Shown here: positions 11,321-23,085 of the stretch, piece by piece
How positions within the stretch are numbered: the first letter of the stretch is position 1
Layout: every line of letters begins with the position of its first letter
DNA from: Entomortierella parvispora E1425
Taxonomy: Eukaryota > Fungi > Mortierellomycota
Direction: 5' to 3'
Assembly: GCA_020891255.1 (NCBI GenBank)
Contig: BQFW01000002.1
Location: forward strand, 2,666,001-2,730,000
Length of the DNA stretch: 64,000 nt
Translations under genes and position numbers: made by a program
The notes under the pieces: model-generated
What the model was told of the DNA's origin: nothing
Seen by the model: only the letters and a program-made list of their open reading frames with translations
The model's database searches: none

Positions 11321-12146
11321 GAGCAAAGTGCAGGGGCTTTATTTTGCACGCCGTTGAACGACTCTATTGTCTAGTGCCCTTGCCGGGATCATGGTTTGTC
11401 ATTTCGCTCAAGGTGCGCAAGGAAACAACAGCAGGTGGACGTGGGGTGGGTTGGAAGAATCAAGGACACAAACGGTGAGCCCGGCTCTTGACTTTTTTTT
11501 CTTTCTTTGCAAAGCATGCAAAGCAAAGCAAAAAAAAAAAAGGCACTTTTTGTTCAGTTTAACGGCCTCTCCCACCAGGACGACCAAACAGAGCATGCAG
11601 CAGTATGGCCCTAACCACCCGGCTCTCTTTATTTTTTTTTCTTCTCTTCTAATCCATATTGGCGTTGTTTGCCTGTTGGAGAAGGTGCCACAGAATGTTC
11701 ATTGGCAGAGAGGAGGTGGCCTGATTCTTCTTTGTTTTTCGTGGCCCTTTGACTTTGATCGATCTGCATCCTCCAGCCCTTTAGCGTAGCGTGTTGACCT
11801 CGTATGTAAACTATTGACATGTTTGTAGGTTAGTGGCCAATTTGCACCAGCAGTAGAGGAAGGGGGCGAGGGAGACAAGTGGGCAGGGTAAGCAGCGACC
11901 TGAAGGATGGAGGTAAAGTGCAGTACTGTACGCAGGGAGGACTGAGAATGCGTTTACGCGAGAGAGGGGGGCATGTTGTGTGGTATGGTGTCGTAAGGAC
12001 AATTAGTGCGTCCGTCCCTGTCCGAAACGCTGATTGCCGTTAGACTGGCATGCATTGCCCGTGGCACCATTCCGCGCCATGGCCTGTCAACAAAGCCAAC
12101 CTGTTAATGGTGTGCAACCGTCTTGTCAATCATAAAACGCGGCTGG

Positions 12147-12154
12147 TATAAATA
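12147..12154 (+). promoter_or_regulatory. TATA box of the GPI-protein gene
   Basis: TATAAATA about 90 bp upstream of the ATG at 12238, followed by a CT-rich leader. Confidence 0.55.
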
Positions 12155-12237
12155 CCTTCAACCCCCTTCTTTGTCTTTCTTCTTCTCTACATCCAGCTCT
12201 CACTCAACCTCACCACCCACCACATTTATAACCAACC

Positions 12238-12786
12238 ATGCAGTTCAAGACTCTCGCCCTCGCCGCCGTCGCTGTTGCCGCCACCACCGTCAGCGCCTAT
12301 GACAGCAACGCCTGCACCGCTTGCGTCTACGCCTCGATCCCCAAGGACAGCGTCTGCGCTACCCTCAACTCCACTGCCTTGAATGAGCTCGTCGCCGTCT
12401 TTGGCTCCACCAGCTTCAACTTAGCCCAGTTGAGCGGTCTCGTCCAGGACCCCTCCATCAAGGCCTGCGTTTGCCACTGGGCTAACACTGCTTTCACCCC
12501 CTCCGGATCTGCTGCCTCCTGCACTACCGGTACCCCCGCTACCTGCAACTCCACCCAGGTCGGCCAAGCTGCCGCTGGTATTGCCCCCGTTGTTCCCGGT
12601 CTCGGATGCAGCGCCGCTTCTGTCTCCGGTGGCGCTGTCGCTCCCTCCGGTGCTTCCCCCTCCGCCACCGGCACCGGCTCTGCTCCCGCTGCCACCACCA
12701 AAGCCGGTAGCGCCGCTTCCTCCATCAACATCCCCTACGTCGTCTCTATCGCCGCCGTCGGTCTTGCTGCCCTTGCCGGTTTCTAA
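12238..12786 (+). CDS. Secreted, probably GPI-anchored Cys-containing cell-surface protein (182 aa)
   Basis: Signal peptide, Cys-rich domain (8 Cys), Ser/Thr/Ala linker and hydrophobic C-terminal tail. Strong codon bias with C-ending codons. Confidence 0.9.
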   Translation: MQFKTLALAAVAVAATTVSAYDSNACTACVYASIPKDSVCATLNSTALNELVAVFGSTSFNLAQLSGLVQDPSIKACVCHWANTAFTPSGSAASCTTGTPATCNSTQVGQAAAGIAPVVPGLGCSAASVSGGAVAPSGASPSATGTGSAPAATTKAGSAASSINIPYVVSIAAVGLAALAGF

Positions 12787-13120
12787 ATCAGTCCTCTAAT
12801 CCAGGAACAAAAGATACCCTCTCAACATCTGAGGTCTTGCTGGACAATGAGGATCTCGATTCCTTTTTATTCCGCGGACCAGGACCTAAAGAAGGATCGA
12901 AAACTTTGCCTTTGTAATAATCCTACAGTATTGTACTATAATCTAATTAAAAGAGGCCTTCGTTGTCTTTCTCAAATCGTATGAACAAAAAGGACAGATT
13001 GTTTTTGAAGATCAAAAACAGGGAAGCAGGTTGCACAAAAAAAAGCAACACGATGCATGTCATTCTGCTGTCAACGTGTTTATGGGAAATTATTACCCTA
13101 AACGCAACAAAAAAAAAAGG

Positions 13121-14117
13121 CTATGAACGTCGCTGACAGACAAAGAGGTAGATATCTTCACTCTGCCAGGTGGGGTCTTGTTCTTCAGGCTTGATATCCC
13201 TGAATCGGAAGGTCTTGCCCAAGGAAGCGAAAAACTCCATCTCCTCGTTGAATTTACGTTTCTCAAATGCAATCACGAGCTGGCCCTTAGAGCCGACGGG
13301 TAAGATCAGATTGAGTGTTCCCAGAAGAGGTTCATAGAGGCCAGAGATCCAGATGCAGTCGCTTAGCAAAACCATGTCCCATGCCACGTTCAACAGTTTG
13401 GACGCTGACGTTGCCTCTGCTGCGGAGGAGGCGGTGGAGGATGACGGCATGTCGGATTTGGTGGCGTTTTCAGTTGGAAGAGGCAGATTCGAGTCCGCAG
13501 TGGGCTTGAGCAATTGTGGATCGGCTTCTTCTTTTGTCTCGCCCTGTTCGCCTTCTGTTGAGTCTTCTGGATCCAATCTGGCAGGGATTCCACTGACAGC
13601 GACCCAGTCCAGTTCTTCTGCTGTTAGTTGGACGTCCGGACATGGGTTCTTGTCTACATTTTTCTGAAGGAGTGGAAGCACGTTCTCTTTGTCTGTGAGG
13701 ACCACCTGGCCGGGAATTTTGCGAGACTGCATCAGCCTTGCAACTGCGAGACCGACAATGCCTGTGCCCGCACCAAGTTCCAAGACTCGAAAGGGTGGTG
13801 GCACTGTCGCTGTGGATGTTGATGACGGAATCAAAGGAGATCGCTCCAGATATTTTGCAAGGACGATAGCTGCATCCCAGATTGTAGATCCTACTCCTCC
13901 GCGACTGCATAGTTGTGGTTGCCGTCGTTTCAATAGAGAAATGCAATGGCCACTCCATGGTTAGTTTCGTCATTGCCCATGGTGCAGGACGATGAGCTCA
14001 TTTCCGTGAGGACATCTATTCTTACAGGATTCCTGAGGGGTCTTCGTAAATCTCCAGTGGTTCGATGGAGAAGTCACTGAACTCGTATTCGCGTGATCCT
14101 AGTGTGGTGGTGTCCAT
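13121..14117 (-). CDS. METTL21/Methyltransf_16-family protein lysine methyltransferase (2 exons)
   Basis: Spliced EDPSGIL|RGGVGSTIWDAAIVL, motif I VLELGAGTG, VVLTD, LDW, DMVLLSDCIW. Exon 1 starts MDTTTLGSREYEF at 14117. Confidence 0.88.
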
Positions 14118-14332
14118 GGTCCTTGTCCGTGATTAGCTGATGAATGAGTAGAAAAGAGAAAAGAAAGGAGAAAGAAAGGGTCCATGCATGTCGTCAACGC
14201 GCGTCTCGAAGGGGGGAATGAACACAGTCACCCCTGGCAACGACCTATTTGAACCTCCTCCTCCTCTCTCCATCCTTTGCTTTGCTCCATTCCCACGACT
14301 GAACAAACCATTGCAAAGCAGAATCCATCACC

Positions 14333-14740
14333 ATGACCGACTCACATCCCCCTGCCGTGCTCCCCCGCTACGTCTACAAGCTGATCTCGCCTGCTTCAGA
14401 CTTTAACCCCAAGGACAAGGTCCTGCCCCTCTCGGCCCTTGACAAGGCCGATGGCTTTTACCACCTCTCGACCAAAGAGCAAGCACCCGGTACCGCCAAC
14501 CGGTTCTTCCCCGGATCCAGGTTTTCGGATCTCCTGGTCCTCAAGATTGATTACCAGGGAATCGCTCCCTTGGTCAAGTGGGAGACTGCCAAGGGTGAGC
14601 ATCCCACGGACCAGAGCAGGATCTTTCCCCATGTCTATGGCGATCTGTTGCAGCAGCATATCGTCTTTCCCATCTCGATGATGTGGCAACCCAACCTGGG
14701 TTCCTGGGACTTTACAGAGGGATGGGAGGATCGTCAGTAG
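14333..14740 (+). CDS. DUF952 family protein (135 aa)
   Basis: YVYKLI...LPLSALDKADGFYHLST..Q...TANRFF and VKWE...FPHVYG match the DUF952 pattern. Confidence 0.85.
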   Translation: MTDSHPPAVLPRYVYKLISPASDFNPKDKVLPLSALDKADGFYHLSTKEQAPGTANRFFPGSRFSDLLVLKIDYQGIAPLVKWETAKGEHPTDQSRIFPHVYGDLLQQHIVFPISMMWQPNLGSWDFTEGWEDRQ

Positions 14741-15016
14741 AAAGCAAACCACAGTATATCAAACTCTTAGTAAAAGGAAACGTCCACACTCTATAGTTCC
14801 CTGTTCTGTGCACAAGCCATGGAAAAACATCATTGCCGACAGGGAGGCGTGTTCGCGTAAAATGCCGCGAGCGTGTGTGCCTGTGGAGAGAGCGCCATGT
14901 CCTTTGTCTGTGTTCTTTGACCCATCTCTCTTTTTATCTTTTTTCCTCTTCATTCTCTTCATTCTCGTCATTCAACGGAATCCCATCCACCTCATTCAAC
15001 TTGCGCTTTTCGACCC

Positions 15017-15682
15017 ATGATGGAATCCATGGTCAGTCCTTCGGGACTTGCACGAATTCAACTGGCGATTGTGACTGGAACGTTGCTCTACACCGTTCTG
15101 CATATTATCCTGTACAACGCCGGTGTGGTCGCCCATGTCTTCTTCTCGGCCGACCTCGGCACTTTGTTGCTCTATACGATTGTACCGACTCGACTTCGTC
15201 ATCCTGGACGTGTGGCGATGGTCCCTGGGTCACCGTCCAGCTCTTCAGTGCCGGTCCCGGGGACAGACTCGGCAGCTACTGGAGGAAACGCGTCGCCATG
15301 GGTTCGAGCATCGATTCTCAAGAGTCGATTCTGTATCTTGGTGGCGTTGGCGGGTCTCTGGGCGATTCAACCTTATCAACTGACCGATGTCGACCATCCT
15401 GACTCTTTCGACCTCCTTCGAGACTCTCATGCCAGTCTGTCGGTGTTGGCCTTGAAGCTTTTGAATCAGAAACAACAAGGTCAGAGACCCACAGAGAGTC
15501 AATTCAGGGACCTGAAACGGAACGCGGACCGGACCGCTTGGGCCATGCAAGGGTTGGCCGTGGTGGCTCTTGCCTTGGCGACCTTGGTGGCCCTAGAGGC
15601 GATCGTTGTGTGGCTAGCTCGGGAACAGCAATTGAAGCGGGAGCAAAAGGAGACACAGCAGCAACAACAAAAACTGGACTGA
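15017..15682 (+). CDS. Multi-pass membrane protein of unknown function (221 aa)
   Basis: Intronless ORF with about 4 hydrophobic segments and a Gln-rich C-terminus. Confidence 0.7.
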   Translation: MMESMVSPSGLARIQLAIVTGTLLYTVLHIILYNAGVVAHVFFSADLGTLLLYTIVPTRLRHPGRVAMVPGSPSSSSVPVPGTDSAATGGNASPWVRASILKSRFCILVALAGLWAIQPYQLTDVDHPDSFDLLRDSHASLSVLALKLLNQKQQGQRPTESQFRDLKRNADRTAWAMQGLAVVALALATLVALEAIVVWLAREQQLKREQKETQQQQQKLD

Positions 15683-15877
15683 CGTATCATTTTGGTTGCA
15701 CGAAGTGCAGCGAGTGTATGTTCGTGGGTATAGGAAAACAATGCACCCACAAATAAACACGACCGTAGTTGCTCTGTCGCAGACCGACTTGTTACTTTTT
15801 CTTTCTTTCTAAAAGTGTTGTTTTATTTATCATTTGAAAATATAAGAACATACAGTACAACCAAGGGCCGAGCTCTT

Positions 15878-16738
15878 TTAGGGCTTGACGGGCCGGGCCG
15901 GGTAAGGCTCCATCTGCACAACATGCCTAGTATGGTCAAACTCTGCATTGCTAGGGCCCGCCGACTTTTTCCAAGGTGTGAACATGGCAAAGCCCGAAGA
16001 CGCAGGGGAACCAGACTCCATGGCACGCGCACCTTGGGCCACAACAGAATTCATGGCCGCCTGTTTGTTCTCCCAAGCGATCGACAACAGGACCTCTATC
16101 ACCGCAAAGAAACCAACCACCACGGCCATACAGACAGAGGAACGATCGAAGTTACAGATCAGCGAGGCGGACAGCTTTGTAGCGGCTACAGCTGCGATAT
16201 CTTCAGGACTCATGGTCAAGGACAAGCTAGCAAGGGAATCATCCTTGGGGCACTGAAGCAGGTTGTGGGGGTCAAACTTGGAGTAATTGTCGTCATAGGC
16301 ATCAGCTTGCGCAGAGTCGCGGGGAAAGGGCAAGAACAGGATCTTTCGAGAGTCGTCAAGGATGTTCTTGACCGAGACATAGAGCAAACCGATCGCAACT
16401 CCAGTGATAAAGACCGAACGGAGAGCGAGTCCTAGGCACTGACCGGATTTCATGCCATGGCGCGAAGGGTAGAAGGAGGAAGATGCAACTTGAGAGTATT
16501 CGGGTGCAGAGTAGCTATGGCGGCGGTAATGCTGTCTTTGGACAGCGACAATGATAGCGCTGATGAAAAAGATGAGGAACAAGAGACCCTCCAGACCAAA
16601 CTGGACATAAAACTTCCAGAGAAACACCACTGTCTTGTTCTCGGTGTAGATCTTGATGAGGTAGAGGTCAATACCAAAGGCTCCTAGGGCGAAAATGACC
16701 AGGAACAATCGGAGGAACAAAAGGACTCCTGCAATCAT
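15878..16738 (-). CDS. Multi-pass membrane protein of unknown function (286 aa)
   Basis: Intronless ORF with about 4 TM segments and a Cys-containing loop between TM3 and TM4. Confidence 0.75.
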   Translation of the reverse strand: MIAGVLLFLRLFLVIFALGAFGIDLYLIKIYTENKTVVFLWKFYVQFGLEGLLFLIFFISAIIVAVQRQHYRRHSYSAPEYSQVASSSFYPSRHGMKSGQCLGLALRSVFITGVAIGLLYVSVKNILDDSRKILFLPFPRDSAQADAYDDNYSKFDPHNLLQCPKDDSLASLSLTMSPEDIAAVAATKLSASLICNFDRSSVCMAVVVGFFAVIEVLLSIAWENKQAAMNSVVAQGARAMESGSPASSGFAMFTPWKKSAGPSNAEFDHTRHVVQMEPYPARPVKP

Positions 16739-16776
16739 GATGCTTTTGTTGTTGTTTTTAGTAGCTCGTGTATGTG

Positions 16777-16780
<4 letters not shown>

Positions 16781-16810
<30 letters not shown>
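16781..16810. repeat. (GT)15 microsatellite
   Basis: Read directly. Lies just upstream of the 16738 start codon. Confidence 0.95.
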
Positions 16811-16811
<1 letters not shown>

Positions 16812-17865
16812 GGTAAAGTTTAGAGCGCTTTTCTGGGAGAAGAGAGAAGTCGAGGAAAGAGGTAGAGGAGATGATGTGAGATAGTGAAATAGATAAACGT
16901 GAAACTGGAGAAGTCGCGCGCGTTATATAGACCATTGGGCTGCAACCAGCCTGCGCGACGTCTGTAGACAAATAGCCCTGGAGAATCTCGACGAGGTGGT
17001 CAGTGCTGCAGAACGAAGACAAACCCCAGTTTTTCGGAATCCAAATGCCAAGGGAAGATGAATGGGGATAAAAAAATCTCGGAAAATCAAGGCGGAAAGA
17101 CACAAGGCTTGACCCTGTCCTGGGATCGTCGCGAAGGCTGCAAGCTTGGCATGCTGATTATAACTCAGTCTTGGAAGAGCGGAGAGCGGATTAGTCTCCT
17201 GAGTCAAGCGAAAAGGCAGAGGAAGGGCAAACTGCCGTAGGGTACGAGGGCGAATCCAGAAAAAAAAGCCGAGAACAAGAATTCCGCTCTTTTATCCCGC
17301 CCCTAAATGTCACCTCATTGCGCATTAGCGTTTGGGCTGCCTTTCACTTCGTCCCCAACCACGCCCTCTCATTTGCCCACAGCAGCACGGTCATTTTAAT
17401 CTTCAGCCATCGTCTGCGTTTTACAGTTTAAACATTAGCCGCAGCTTCGCCTCCCCCGGGTATCAACAACAAATACACATAAATAGCATCCACGTTCGTC
17501 ATCAGCATAGAAGAGGTTGTACAAGGTATAATGGCTGTTGAGATCCACTAGTCTACAATCGAGCGCTCCTGGCTACCACTCATATTTCTTGGCATCCTAT
17601 GGTCTTGACATATTGACAACGAAAGACCATCGAGGACCGTCTTTCTTCATGAGCAAAGCATTGGTGATCTTGGAAAAGTGCACAAAAGTGCAGACGTGGA
17701 TCCGAAGACGAGGGTTGGATTAATAAATATTCTCCTGTGTTGCAAGGTGGCAGTCAACTCTGTCCAAAGTCTTGACAAGAGTTCACTTGATTTGAGAAAA
17801 TACGTTAGGCGGGGGCAGGTTGGCATGTCATTGGGCAGGAAGGTAGGGAGCGCGATGACTCTACT

Positions 17866-19464
17866 CTAACCATCCAGTCGCTTATCGCAAAATTGCCAGA
17901 GCCTGTTCAAAAGATCGTCGCCTAGCGTTCGCAGGTCAATATGAAACTCTCCAGCTATATATATAAAAAAAGGCAAAGAGGACATTAGAATACAGTTTTG
18001 CTTGACGATCTGATATGCATTGGGTCCTTGATCGAATATCATACCTTCGCCGTCCTCAAGGATATACATGTCTGAAGTCTGGTTAGCCTTGACCATGCTC
18101 ACCAGTTCAAGAAGGTCTTCTGTGTTTAGTTGCTGAAATTTGTCTGCAAGAACATGTACATTGACCTACAGAGTACAGGAGTAGATAAAACTTTTGTAAG
18201 AATCAAGAACCAAGTGTGTAAGCCCTGATATCTGCGATCAGATCGAATACCTTGCTCTCCCATTCGTCAACAGATTCACTGATACTGCTATCGTCGTCAT
18301 CGGAGCTATCGTCTTCCTTGATCCGCTTTGAGTTTTCCTTTCCAATGGTGTCACGTCTGCGTTTGTGTGCTTTGCCATCAATGTCATCGTTGCCCGACAG
18401 AGGACTGCTCCGCTCAGATATCGTTTCCACAGGGGGGTTCAAGAGCTTGATAAAACTTGGCTTTAGATCTGCCTTGAAAGTCTTTTTTTTTTTTTTAAAA
18501 AAAAAAAGAAAAAGGTTTGAGTGATTGATTTCCATGATACGTGCAAGCGTCAAAAAGTCATTGGGGTGTGCACTCACCAAGGTATGTGAGACTTCATAGT
18601 GCTGCATCTGAAAGTTGAGGTCGTGGTCCAACACAAACGGAACAGGCGATTTATCGGCGAAATAGAGCATGATCTTCATATCAAACTCGCCCCATCCACG
18701 TTCCTGGAGTTCAAAGGGATACTCTGTCACCTCTAAAGAATGCCAAAGTGGGAGCAAAAAACGGGTGTGTCAGAGCCTGTCTAAATTATAGCACATGCGA
18801 CCGACTCTGTGGTTTGTGTCCAAATCTCAACTTACTTCGAACTGGTTCTTCAAAGGTGTGATGAAGAACATACTCCACATACTCAATATAAGGCAAGGGT
18901 TCTTCTTCACCGTTCGCATCTACACCCACGAGAGAAATTTTCCAGCGACGCATGGGGAATCCATTTTGCTTCTGGCCCTTGACCGTGCGCTGGTTCGTCA
19001 GGACCTATTCTCAGGAAGGAAAAGGACCAAGGATCAATAAGGCAGTCATGCATTGGTTGCCACCAAAACAACATGCTCACACAACAATGCAACACAGGAA
19101 TTGTGGCCCGAGAACAGGGACACAGGGAGAGAACGCACGCGGCAGCATACCTTGATTTCTTTGGTGATGTGTTTCTATTCACGTAGGAAGAAGACGGCAG
19201 CAAAATCAGGGTTCGCGTCAGGGGTGTGGTTGGGAAGGGAGGGAAAAGAAAGAACAAAAGAGAAAAGAGAGTTAGAAGGGCTGGAGAGAAAGAGAGAGAG
19301 AGACTGCATGGAGTTTCAGGGGGTGTGGGGGGTGGTTAAGTCCATGGGCAACAAGTCAAGATGCGTGAGAGAGTAAGTGAAGGAGATAAGAGGAGAGGAG
19401 AGGAGAAGAAGAAAGAAGACGCGATGAGAAGGAAAGAAAAAAAAATAGAGTCTACCTGGGGCAT
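17866..19464 (-). CDS. TAF14: YEATS plus ET-like domain protein, Taf14/Tfg3-like, multi-exon
   Basis: Exons FPMRRWKISLVG...YVLHHTFEEPVR, EVTEYPFELQERGWGEFDMKI (YEATS) and GEFHIDLRTLGDDLLNRLWQF (ET). The first micro-exon MPQ at 19464 is tentative. Confidence 0.8.
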
Positions 19465-20020
19465 GGTGAGCGTCCACTCGGATGTGGATGGACGGACGGA
19501 TGGATGGGCGGAGCAGACGCGATGAGCACGAGCGAAAAAAACAAAAAAAATAAAAAAAAGAATTGAGATGCTGTTCTTTTTTTCGGACTGTTTGGGTGCA
19601 GGATGGATGGACGGATGTGGGTGATTCGTGACTGACAAGAGGGAGGGCCGGGGGAAAGCAAGGAAGAAAGGGAAGGAAGGGAAGCAAGGGTAGGGAAGGT
19701 GGGAGAGTTGGATGGATGCAGGAAGGCAGAGAGAAGGAGAGAAGAAAGAAGGAAGAAAGAAGAAAGAAAGAAAGAAGAGACGAAAAGTGTGTGCAAGGGA
19801 GAAGAACACCATTGAACTGCAGAGCACAGCTACGTCACGTTTAGGGTAAAAATGTGCACTTTTTCAGTTTCCTCGCTGTTTCTTTCCTTCATTCGTTCCT
19901 CGCCCTTGCGCATGCCGTCTTTCTCTTCCTCTCACTCTCACTCTCACTCTCTCTGAATCCCTTCGTCCCGCTCCTTCTGCCCTCCACACAAATCGACCCA
20001 CCACTCGGTCTGAAGTCATA

Positions 20021-22957
20021 ATGCTGTAATTTAAAGAATTGCTGATCAGACCCGGAGAATTGAATAAAATGACAGAAAGTGCCACCATGTCCATGCTAAA
20101 TCCTTTGCTCATCCGTCGTCGATGGCTTCTCTTTTTAGTTTTCACATTGATGACCTCCCTGTGTACTTTCCGTACGAACGAATCTACCCGGAGCAGTATG
20201 CTTACATGTGCTCCCTGAAGCAGGCACTTGATGCTCAAGTGAGTTTTATCACCTTTTTTTAATACTTGCATTCAAAGATTGAAATGGACCCTTTGTTGCA
20301 ATTCCTCTAACATGACTCTGTCACTCTCAAAGGGCCACGGAGTGCTGGAGATGCCTTCAGGAACCGGAAAGACCGTGTCGCTGCTGTCTCTCATTATCTC
20401 ATATCAACAGGTACGAAGAATTGCATTGTTGACATTGAACGCCACCAATTTTCAAGTGTTCGAATGCTTGTAAACAGAGGACACTTCCGCAAGACAGACT
20501 GATCTTACATTCTTTTACTATGTTTACAGTTCTATCCAGAAAAGCGCAAGCTCATCTACTGTTCGCGTACCGTGCCAGAGATCGAAAAGGCTTTGGCAGA
20601 GTTGAAGCGATTGGTGGAATACAGAAAGAGCTGTGGATTGCAAGAGAGCATCTTGGGACTTGGCTTGACGAGTCGACGAAACCTTTGCTTACATCCCTCG
20701 GTCAGCAAGGAGAAAAAAGGAAAGGTCGTTGATGCACGGTGTCGGAACCTCACTGCCTCTTGGGTCCGTGAAGCAGCAGCTGCCGGACAGGACATTGAGA
20801 CTTGCTCATTCTACGAGGAGCTCGAGTCTTTGGACTTGCGTGAAACCGTCCCTGATGCGATTTATACGCTGGATGATATCAAGGAAATGGGAAAGACAAA
20901 AAAGATTTGTCCATATTATATGGCGCGCCGAATGGTATGACCTGGAAGGGTGTTTGTTTTTATCAAAGACCTTCTGGACTAGAGACTTACCTTTCTCGTT
21001 TCTCTTTGTATAGATCGGATATGCCAATGTGGTTATCTACTCTTACCATTATATGCTCGATCCCAAGATTGCCGACTTGATCTCAAAAGAGCTCTCCAAG
21101 GAGTCCATTGTTGTGTTTGACGAAGCTCACAATATCGGTATGTTCATCAAGAGGAGGTAGCATCAAAGTTGTTGGATGCGGATAAATTTCTAATTGCTTC
21201 TCTTTGGTACCGCGATTCTTTAGATAACGTTTGCATCGACTCTCTTAGCTTGGACATTATGAGACCTACTCTGGAAGCCAGTTCAAGGAGTATCACACAA
21301 TTGTCAGAAAGCATCGAGAAAATGAAACAAGAGGGATCCGAAAAGCTGAAGAGCGAGTACGAAAGGCTCGTTCAAGGTCTCCAGGATACAATGCAGGCAA
21401 GGAGCGATGATCTCGTGATGGCTAATCCAGCCCTGCCAGATGATCTTCTTCAGGAGGCAGTACCCGGCAACATCCGCAAAGCTGAGCATTTCGTCGCATT
21501 TTTGAAACGGTTCAATGAGTACCTGAAGACAAGACTTCGAGTCCTGAACGTTACTGCGGAAACGCCCCAGTCCTTCCTTCAACACTTGAAGGAGATCACT
21601 TTTATTGAACGGAAGCCTCTGCAGTTCTGTGCAGAGCGACTCTCGCTTTTGTGCCGCACCCTCGAACTTCAGAACATGGATGAATATCAGTCATTGGAGA
21701 AAGTGGCAGCTCTTGCAACTCTTGTTGCTACATATGACAAAGGATTCATGTTGGTTCTCGAGCCTTATGAAAACGACAATGCCACCGTACCCAACCCCAT
21801 TCTTCGATTCGCTTGTTTGGACGCCGCCATTGCCATCAAGCCAGTGTTTGACCGATTTTCGTCTGTGATCATCACCTCAGGAACGTTGTCGCCTTTGGAC
21901 ATGTATCCAAAGATCTTGAGTTTCGAAGCTGTGGTCCAAGAGAGTTACCCCATGACTTTGACACGAAACTGTTTCTTGCCCATGGTCATCACCCGTGGAT
22001 CTGATCAGGTCGCAATCTCGTCCAAATTCGAAGTGCGAAACGATCCCGCCGTCGTCCGAAACTTTGGCAACATTTTGATTGAGTTTGGCAAAATTGTACC
22101 CGATGGCATTGTTGCTTTCTTCCCCAGTTATCTCTACATGGAGAGTATTATTGCCATGTGGCACGAGATGGTATGTGCTCTAGACTTGGCCTCGGTTGAG
22201 ATGATTCGAATATTGTTATTAATCATATTCACATTCATTTCTCTAATAGGGAATGCTGACCGAAGCGTGGAAATCCAAGCTCATTTTTGTCGAAACCCCT
22301 GATTCAGCAGAGACCTCGATTGCATTGGATAACTACCGTCGAGCTTGTGAGAATGGAAGAGGAGCGATTTTGTTGGCTGTGGCGCGTGGAAAAGTCTCGG
22401 AGGGAATCGATTTCGACCACCACTATGGCCGTGCTGTCGTCATGTTTGGTATCCCATACCAGTATACCGAATCGAGAATCCTGAAGGCGCGTCTCGAGTT
22501 TTTGCGGGACGAGCATCGAGTGCGCGAGAACGACTTTTTGACCTTCGATGCATTGCGTCATGCTGCCCAGTGTTTGGGACGTGTTCTGAGAGGAAAGACC
22601 GATTACGGACTGATGGTGTTTGCAGATCGACGATATGCACGACAGGACAAAAGGTCAAAGTTGCCTAGGTGGATCAACCAGTACATTACCGATACCAGTG
22701 TCAATTTGTCGACTGATATGGGAATTGCCATCGCCAAAAAGTTCTTGAGATCGATGGCGCAACCACTGGAAACGCAGGCACAGTTGGGAGTGAGTCTCTG
22801 GAGTCTGGAAGACGTGTTGGCCAAACAACGAGCACAGAGGGAGAAGATGGAACGCGCTGCTGCAGGAAGTCATCATGTGCAATACGGAGCTGCGGAGGCT
22901 GCTAAACTAGCGCAGGACCGGGCAAGTGGACGTGTCTACATGGATGTCAGCTTGTAG
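20021..22957 (+). CDS. RAD3: TFIIH DNA helicase XPD/Rad3/Rad15, multi-exon
   Basis: [73 protein letters not shown]. Confidence 0.97.
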
Positions 22958-23085
22958 GCGCCCCCTTTTTTTTTCTTTTTCTCTTTTCTGTCCAAATAAA
23001 CCCGACGATAATTGATTGGAGAGAGTGTCTATGCTGTTATTTATGTCAATTGGAAGGATTTTTTTTACTACATTCTGTGTTTTTT

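Noticed and set aside
17480-17860. Possible pseudogene on the minus strand downstream of TAF14
   Set aside because: Several stops and no motif I can identify. It may simply be 3' UTR.
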